The position numbers were made by a program, and so were the translations under genes. 64,000 nucleotides of DNA from an uncultured Thermoleophilia bacterium (GTDB lineage: Bacteria; Actinomycetota; Thermoleophilia; UBA2241): positions 416,001 through 480,000 of the forward strand of contig CAVQSP010000013.1 of NCBI GenBank assembly GCA_963715985.1. Direction: 5' to 3'. The notes under the pieces were generated by a model. The model was not told where the DNA came from. It ran no database searches and worked only from the letters and a program-made list of their open reading frames with translations. Shown one piece after another: positions 58,239 to 64,000 of the stretch; position 1 is the first letter of the stretch, and the number at the start of each line of letters is the position of its first letter.

Positions 58239-59099
58239 TCAAGAAGGTGGTGGCCCGAAGCCGAAGCCCTGCAGGGTCTGCTGCCCGGCAGGTGAGAGGA
58301 CGTAGTCGACGAATGCCTGCGCCTGTGCCGAGGCCCCACTCTCCTTGAGCGTCGCGATAGGATAGTCGGCGGTCACGTTGGCGTCCGCGGGGATCGCGAC
58401 TCCCGCGACCTCGTCCGCGGCCGCGCGCACATCGGTGACATACACGATGCCGGCGTCGGCCTCGCCGAGGGCGATCTTGGTCACCACGCCCTTGACGCTC
58501 TCTTCCAGCGAGACCGGCTTCACCGTCACGCCCGCGCGTGCGAGGACCGCCTGGGCGTACTTGCCCGCCGGGACCTCGGGTGCGGCCAGCACCACCTTGA
58601 GCTCCGGGTGCGCCAGCGACTCCAAGCCCGTGACGCCCTCGGGGTTTCCCGGGGCCACCACGATCTCCAGCTGGTTGGTCGCGAAGATCTGCGGTGCGGC
58701 GGCGCCACCTGCGATCGCATCCATGCTCGCGGTGTCGGCCGTGGCGAGGACGTCGGCAGGCGCGCCTTGCCCGATCTGCGCCACCAGGTCCTGGCTGCCG
58801 GCGAAGTCGAAGACCACCGCCGTGCCGGGGTGGGTCGCCTCGAAGTCGGCGCCGAGCCTCGTGAACGCCTCAGTCAGGGAGGCGGCCGCCAGCACGTGCA
58901 GCTTGACCGCGTCGTCGCCGGACGAGCTGCCGCCGCAGGCCGTGGCGCCGAGGGCGCTCGCCACCAGCGCGAGCACGAGCGCCGCAGCGGTGAGCAGGCG
59001 TCTTCGGCGACTGGAGCGGGGTGCCGGGCCCGCGCGGAGTGCCGCCGTTCGCGGCCGTTCCGCGGGCGGTCGACCCGGCAGGGTCGGACCTCGCCTCAT
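58239..59099 (-). CDS. modA: Molybdate-binding lipoprotein
   Basis: Lipobox ATACG, AAASLTEAF, FAGS, GAPADV, VPAGKY, GEADAGIVY.TD. Confidence 0.92.
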   Translation of the reverse strand: MRRGPTLPGRPPAERPRTAALRAGPAPRSSRRRRLLTAAALVLALVASALGATACGGSSSGDDAVKLHVLAAASLTEAFTRLGADFEATHPGTAVVFDFAGSQDLVAQIGQGAPADVLATADTASMDAIAGGAAAPQIFATNQLEIVVAPGNPEGVTGLESLAHPELKVVLAAPEVPAGKYAQAVLARAGVTVKPVSLEESVKGVVTKIALGEADAGIVYVTDVRAAADEVAGVAIPADANVTADYPIATLKESGASAQAQAFVDYVLSPAGQQTLQGFGFGPPPS

Positions 59100-59106
59100 G
59101 TCCCTT

Positions 59107-59247
59107 GCTCCTTTCCAAGCACGGGGAGGTCCGGGCGTTTCCACCCGGGCCCACGACGGCGAGCACGTCGCCGCCCCACGGTCTGTCCGTGGTACGGCCC
59201 TGCACCCATAGCAGCGACCTGCCGTAGGGCGGAGGGCTTGGAGTCGG
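59107..59247 (-). ncRNA. Moco (molybdenum cofactor) RNA motif / riboswitch upstream of modA
   Basis: Minus strand reads CUCCAAGC...CCUACGG...CUAUGG...CCGGGU-GGAAAC-GCCCGG-ACCUCCCCGUGCUUGGAAAGGAG, matching the recalled Moco motif 3' core; P1 abuts the SD 8 nt before the modA ATG. Confidence 0.85.
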
Positions 59248-59344
59248 ACGGAGAGAAGGGTAGCACGGGTGTCGTGGGGCGTTCCAGTGCTCGCCGTGGC
59301 GTAGACCCGGCGGCCCGGCGCTACGGCAGGCGCCGCCGTTGCCG

Positions 59345-60481
59345 TCAGGAAGTGAAGCCGCGCAGCCCCAGGTGTTCGCCGAGGAAGGCGGCCAGCTCCT
59401 CCACGTCGTCCGGCGCGAAGCGGTGCGGGTGCGGCACGTCGGCGTCGCTGACCAGCGCCAGCGTGACGGACGACGCGAGGAGCGGCTCCTCGCGCCCCTC
59501 ACCGGGGCGGAACACCTCGACGACCCACGGCGTCTCGTGCCGGTACCCCTCACAGACGACGACGTCGTAGGCGGAGAAGTAGCGCGCCACGATGGTGGCG
59601 AGGCTGGGCTCGCGCTCCATGCCGGTGACGAACGCGAGCTGGGAGGACGAGCCCACAGCGTAGGCGTGGGCCCCGGCCTGCGCGTGGCGCCACGAGTCCT
59701 TGCCGGGGGTGTCCAGGTCGAAGCGGGCAACGCGTTTGACGGCGGCGACGCTCAGGCCGCGGCGCGTGAACTCGGGGATGAGCCGCTCGATGAGCGTGGT
59801 CTTGCCGCTCCCCGAGCGGCCGACCACGCCGAGCACGAGCGGCCCGGCGGGCGGGCCTTCACGGCCGTCCGCGGCGCCGTCTTCCTCTCCCGCGAGGCGC
59901 CGCGCCTCGGCCCAGTCGCCCGGCGTGTTGACGTTGAAGAACGGGTGCGCGTCGGTGAACGGGATCTGCCGCACATTCACAAGGGGGTAGAGGTCGAGGA
60001 TGCTGTGCGCCCCGACGGCGAGCAGCGCGCGGATGTGCGGCAGGCAGCCGGGGCCGTACACGGCGTGGAGCGGCTCCAGGTGGCCGCCGACGACGGGCAG
60101 CGCCACGTCGGCGCCGGCGTAGCCGCCCAGCACCCGCTCCACGGCCGCGGCGTCGGGGAAGACGACGTCGGTGGCGAGCGTGAAGAAGGGCTCGCCGAAC
60201 CGCGTGAGCAGCGACGCCAGCCCGGCCAGCGGCGAGCCGGTCACGATGTCCGGGACCACCTCCACGCCCGGCGGCAGCGGGTCCGGCGCCTGGTCGGCAT
60301 CACGTACGGAGAGCGCGACGACGGGGAAGAGGCCGCGCAGGAAGTCGAGGTTGCGCTCCAGCAGCGTGGCCCCGGCGAGGCGCAGACGGCGCTTGTCGTG
60401 CCCCATGCGCCGCGCTTCGCCTCCCGCGAGGAGGGCGCCGATGCGGATGCCGTGCAGGTCGATAGGGGTGTGGCCGGCCAC
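59345..60481 (-). CDS. MobA-MobB fusion (Moco guanylyltransferase + MobB domain)
   Basis: LLAGGEARRMGHDK, SPLAGL, EPLHAVY, FNVNTP, then GRSGSGKTT, GKDSWRH, VVCEGY. Confidence 0.9.
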   Translation of the reverse strand: MAGHTPIDLHGIRIGALLAGGEARRMGHDKRRLRLAGATLLERNLDFLRGLFPVVALSVRDADQAPDPLPPGVEVVPDIVTGSPLAGLASLLTRFGEPFFTLATDVVFPDAAAVERVLGGYAGADVALPVVGGHLEPLHAVYGPGCLPHIRALLAVGAHSILDLYPLVNVRQIPFTDAHPFFNVNTPGDWAEARRLAGEEDGAADGREGPPAGPLVLGVVGRSGSGKTTLIERLIPEFTRRGLSVAAVKRVARFDLDTPGKDSWRHAQAGAHAYAVGSSSQLAFVTGMEREPSLATIVARYFSAYDVVVCEGYRHETPWVVEVFRPGEGREEPLLASSVTLALVSDADVPHPHRFAPDDVEELAAFLGEHLGLRGFTS

Positions 60482-60528
60482 GGCTGGGAGTCTAGCTCAA
60501 GAGGCCGGGCAGCAACGGCTCAGGTAAG

Positions 60529-60556
60529 TTGACACGCACCCTCACGGCGGTAGGAT
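60529..60556 (+). promoter_or_regulatory. Sigma-A promoter of the transhydroxylase operon, back-to-back with the mobAB promoter
   Basis: TTGACA(60529-34), 16 nt, TAGGAT(60551-56). Confidence 0.6.
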
Positions 60557-60662
60557 TCCCGTATCGCGGGCATGCTGGTCCGCATTGTGGAACGCATACC
60601 GTCGGGCCGCGCCGTTGCGGACGCGGCCGTCCCCCTTCAGCTGCGAGCGGAGGTCCAGGAGT

Positions 60663-63266
60663 ATGGCGCACACGCAGAGACTCACCAACGCGACGACCGG
60701 CGGGCCGTTGTTCGTGGACGTCGAGGACGGCCGCATCGTGCGCATGACGCCGATCGACCTCGACGAGGACGACAAGGGCGACTGGACCATCGAGGCGCGG
60801 GGCCGCACCTTCGCCCCCCCGCGCCGCACCACCCTCTCGCCGCACGCGCAGGCGGCACGCTCCATGGTGTACTCGCCCAACAGGATCCTGCATCCGATGA
60901 AGCGCGTCGACTGGGACCCCGACGGCGAGCGCAACTGCCAGAACCGCGGCGTCTCCGGCTACGAGGAGATCAGCTGGGACGAGGCGCTCGACCTCGTCAC
61001 CACGGAGCTCATCCGCGAGAAGCGCGAGAACGGCCCCGGCTCCATCCTGACCACCTGTAGTTCCCACCACCTGTGGGGCAATCTCGGGTACCGCCACAGC
61101 GCCTACTACCGCTTCCTCAACCTCATGGGCATGGTGCACACCGCCCACAACCCGGACAGCTGGGAAGGCTGGCACTGGGGCGCGATGCCGATGTGGGGCA
61201 ACAGCCACCGTCTCGGCATCCCCGAACAGTACGACCTCCTCGAGGACGCCCTCAAGCACACCGAGATGATCGTCTTCTGGTCCTCGGACCCCGAGTCCAC
61301 CGGCGGCGGCATCTACTCCGCCTTCGAGAGCACCTGCCGGCGCTACTGGATGAAGGAGCTCGGGATCAAGATGGTGTTCGTCGATCCCTACTACAACCCC
61401 ACCGCCGAGCTGTTCAGCGACAAGTGGTTCGCCCCGCGCCTGGGCACGGACGTGGCCTTCGGGCTCGCCATCGCGCACGTGTGGCTGGCTGAAGGCACCT
61501 ACGACAAGGAGTACGTGGCCGAGCGCACGCACGGCTTCGACGAGTGGAAGGACTACGTCCTCGGCGCCACCGACAACGTGCCCAAGACGCCCGAGTGGGC
61601 GGAGGGCGAGTGCGGCATCCCGGCCCGCCAGATCCGTGCCCTGGCGCGCGAGTGGGGCGCCAGGAAGGTCATGCTCGCCGCCGGCGGCCTCGGCGGCTGG
61701 GGCGGCGCCTGCCGCTCGGCCACGGGTAACGAGTGGGCGCGCACCATGGTGGCGCTCGCGGCGATGCAGGGCTACGGCAAGCCGGGCGTCAACATCTGGG
61801 GCACCTCTCAGGGTGCGCCGTCGGACTGCTCGTTCGTCTTCCCCGGCTACGCCGAGGGCGGGATGTCCGGCGACCCGGAGAAGTCCGCGGCCGCCTACCG
61901 CATGCTCTACCGCCTCTTCGCCCACGACACCGGGCTGCACCCGACGGTCAACGCGCACGACTCCACCGAGGGCATCGCCATCCCGCGCCTGCGCATCCCC
62001 GAGGCGATGATGCACGAGAAGTTCGAGTGGCGCGGCAAGGGCTTCTGCGGCCCGTCCATCCAGAGCCAGATGCAGAAGTACCAGTACCCGGCGCCGGGCT
62101 ACCCGTTCGTCACCATGTACTGGCGCTACGGCGGTTCGTTCTTCGGCACCATGCAGCAGACCAACCGCTACGTGAAGGCCTACCGCGAGGGCAAGGTCCG
62201 CACCGTCGTCAACCAGTCCATCTGGATGGAGGGCGAGGCGAAGTTCGCCGACATCATCCTGCCCGCCTGCACCAACTTCGAGCGCTGGGACATGAGCGAG
62301 TTCGGCAATTGTTCGGGCTACATCCCGGACAACCACAACCAGACCAACCACCGCGTGATCGTCTTCCAGAAGAAGTGCATCGAGCCGCTCGGCGAGAGCA
62401 AGTCGGACTACGACATCTTCGCCGCCGTGGCCGGGCGCATGGGCATGGGCGACGTGTTCACCGAGGGCGGCATGGACGAGTACGACTGGTGCCGCGCCTA
62501 CTTCGACGCCACAGATCTGCCCAAGATCACCACCTGGGACCAGTTCGAGAAGAAGGGCTACGTCGTGGTGCCCTTCCCCGACGACTACAAGAGCACCCCG
62601 GCCATGCGCTGGTTCGCCGAGGGGCGCAAGCGCGACACCCCGGACTGGGGCCCGCGCCCCGGCGACACCGTGGGCTTCAAGGGCCTGCAGACGCCCTCGG
62701 GCAAGATCGAGTTCGTCAGCAAGACGCTCAAGAACCTCGAGCTGGACGTGATCGACCCCGAGCGCCCGGCCATGGGCCCGCAGTTCATCCCCAGCTGGGA
62801 GGGCCACCACACCACCGAGCTGTACGGCACGTACCCGCTGCAGATGGTGAGCCCGCACCCGCGCTTCAGCTTCCACACGATGGGCGACTCCAAGGGCACC
62901 TGGCTCAACGAGGTGGAGGAGCACCGCATCCTGCACGACGACGGGCACCGCTACTGGATCATGCGCCTGAACAGCGTGGACGCGGCGGCGCGGGGCATCG
63001 CCGAAGGCGACCTCATCCGCGCCTTCAACGACCGCGGCGCGGTGATCCTCTCGGCCCAGCTCACCGAGCGCGTGGCCCCCGGCACGGTGCACTCGTACGA
63101 GAGCTGCGCCGAGTACCTGCCCACCGGCGAGCCTGGTGCCTCCGCCGACTTGGCCGGCTGCGTCAACATCCTCACCAACATGCGCACCATCACGCCCACG
63201 TCCCAGGCAATGTCCAACAACTCCTGCCTCATCCAGGTAGAGAAGTGGGAGGGGGAGGCCTCATGA
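60663..63266 (+). CDS. Pyrogallol-phloroglucinol transhydroxylase large subunit homologue (AthL-like)
   Basis: RLTNATTGGPLFV, SSHHLWGNLGYRHS, HNPDSWEGWHWG, AAGGLGGWGGACR, FPGYAEGG, NCSGYIPDN, SPHPRFS closely match the Pelobacter acidigallici enzyme as recalled. Confidence 0.92.
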   Translation: MAHTQRLTNATTGGPLFVDVEDGRIVRMTPIDLDEDDKGDWTIEARGRTFAPPRRTTLSPHAQAARSMVYSPNRILHPMKRVDWDPDGERNCQNRGVSGYEEISWDEALDLVTTELIREKRENGPGSILTTCSSHHLWGNLGYRHSAYYRFLNLMGMVHTAHNPDSWEGWHWGAMPMWGNSHRLGIPEQYDLLEDALKHTEMIVFWSSDPESTGGGIYSAFESTCRRYWMKELGIKMVFVDPYYNPTAELFSDKWFAPRLGTDVAFGLAIAHVWLAEGTYDKEYVAERTHGFDEWKDYVLGATDNVPKTPEWAEGECGIPARQIRALAREWGARKVMLAAGGLGGWGGACRSATGNEWARTMVALAAMQGYGKPGVNIWGTSQGAPSDCSFVFPGYAEGGMSGDPEKSAAAYRMLYRLFAHDTGLHPTVNAHDSTEGIAIPRLRIPEAMMHEKFEWRGKGFCGPSIQSQMQKYQYPAPGYPFVTMYWRYGGSFFGTMQQTNRYVKAYREGKVRTVVNQSIWMEGEAKFADIILPACTNFERWDMSEFGNCSGYIPDNHNQTNHRVIVFQKKCIEPLGESKSDYDIFAAVAGRMGMGDVFTEGGMDEYDWCRAYFDATDLPKITTWDQFEKKGYVVVPFPDDYKSTPAMRWFAEGRKRDTPDWGPRPGDTVGFKGLQTPSGKIEFVSKTLKNLELDVIDPERPAMGPQFIPSWEGHHTTELYGTYPLQMVSPHPRFSFHTMGDSKGTWLNEVEEHRILHDDGHRYWIMRLNSVDAAARGIAEGDLIRAFNDRGAVILSAQLTERVAPGTVHSYESCAEYLPTGEPGASADLAGCVNILTNMRTITPTSQAMSNNSCLIQVEKWEGEAS

Positions 63267-64000
63267 AGAGCTGGCACCTGATCGTCGACGTGGCCCGCTG
63301 CCACGACTGCAACGACTGCTTCCTGGCCGACAAGGACGAGTTCGTCGACAACGACTTCCCGCCCTACTCGGCCGCCCAGCCCTGGCACGGCCACCGCTGG
63401 ATGCACATCAAGCGCAAGGAGCGCGGGCAGTTCCCGCTGGTGCAGACCGCCTACCTGCCCATGCCCTGCATGCACTGCGACGAGGCGCCGTGCCTCACCG
63501 CCGACGGCGCCGTCTACAAGCGCGAGGACGGCCTCGTGATCATCGACCCGGTCAAGGCCAAGGGCCGCAAGGAGATCGTCGCCAGCTGCCCGTACAGCGC
63601 CATCTACTGGAACGAGGACAAGGAGCTGGCGCAGAAGTGCACCGGCTGCGCTCACCTCCTCGACGACGGCTGGACGGAGACGCGCTGCAGCCAGGTCTGC
63701 CCGACCGACGCCATCAAGCTCGTGGTGGCCGAGGAGGCCGAGTTCACCGCGCGCGTGGCCGCGGAAGGGCTCGAGCGCTACCGTGACGGCCTCGGCACCG
63801 CGCCTCGCGTCTGGTACCGCAACCTGTACCGCTGGGACAAGGTCTTCCTCGCGGCCACGGTGGTCTTCGGCGACAGCGACGAGTGCGGCGCCGGCGCCGT
63901 CATGACCGTGACGAAGGACGGCCGGGCCGCCGGCGAGGCCACCTGCGACATCTTCGGCGACGCCTACGTGGACAAGCTCGAGCCCGGCGCCGAGTACGGC
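63263..64000 (+). CDS. Transhydroxylase small FeS subunit homologue (BthL-like), truncated by window edge
   Basis: VDVARCHDCNDC, GHRWM, RKERG, PCMHCDEAPC, DPVKAKG, CPY..IYWN, QKCTGCAHLLDD, PRVWYRNL. Confidence 0.9.
   Translation, partial: MKSWHLIVDVARCHDCNDCFLADKDEFVDNDFPPYSAAQPWHGHRWMHIKRKERGQFPLVQTAYLPMPCMHCDEAPCLTADGAVYKREDGLVIIDPVKAKGRKEIVASCPYSAIYWNEDKELAQKCTGCAHLLDDGWTETRCSQVCPTDAIKLVVAEEAEFTARVAAEGLERYRDGLGTAPRVWYRNLYRWDKVFLAATVVFGDSDECGAGAVMTVTKDGRAAGEATCDIFGDAYVDKLEPGAEYG

Overview
High-GC bacterial chromosome segment, most likely from an anaerobic deep-branching actinobacterium (Thermoleophilia-like; inferred from an actinobacterial-type ClpC N-terminus, carD and several leaderless genes). 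Scattered single-base indels, even in essential genes such as lysS and ispF, point to an unpolished long-read assembly. Three blocks are present. (1) 1-17.6 kb: an amino-acid/peptide catabolic cluster with a pterin-binding methyltransferase, DmpA peptidase, Dpp-type ABC transporter, non-pyrrolysine MttB methyltransferase, C45 Ntn-hydrolase, D-aminoacylase, PucR regulator, SDR, beta-lactamase-fold hydrolase, alanine dehydrogenase and AOR. (2) 17.6-44.4 kb: conserved core genes (NlpC/P60, tRNA-fMet, tilS-hpt-ftsH-folEPBK-nadBC-coaX-dusB-greA-lysS, clpC-radA-carD-PIN/TRAM-ispD-ispF). (3) 44.4-64 kb: a molybdoenzyme island with tatA, a Tat-exported NarG-clade enzyme with FeS and NrfD subunits plus an Rrf2 regulator, two pyrogallol-transhydroxylase-family alpha/beta pairs (one near-canonical, one with a remodelled active site), vapBC, mobB, modABC under a Moco RNA motif, and a mobA-mobB fusion. 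The best candidates for undescribed systems are the paired transhydroxylase-family enzymes, the NarG-clade/NrfD complex with its small Tat zinc-knuckle-like partner, and the peptide-demethylation cluster. All family assignments are by eye from motifs; no database search was run.
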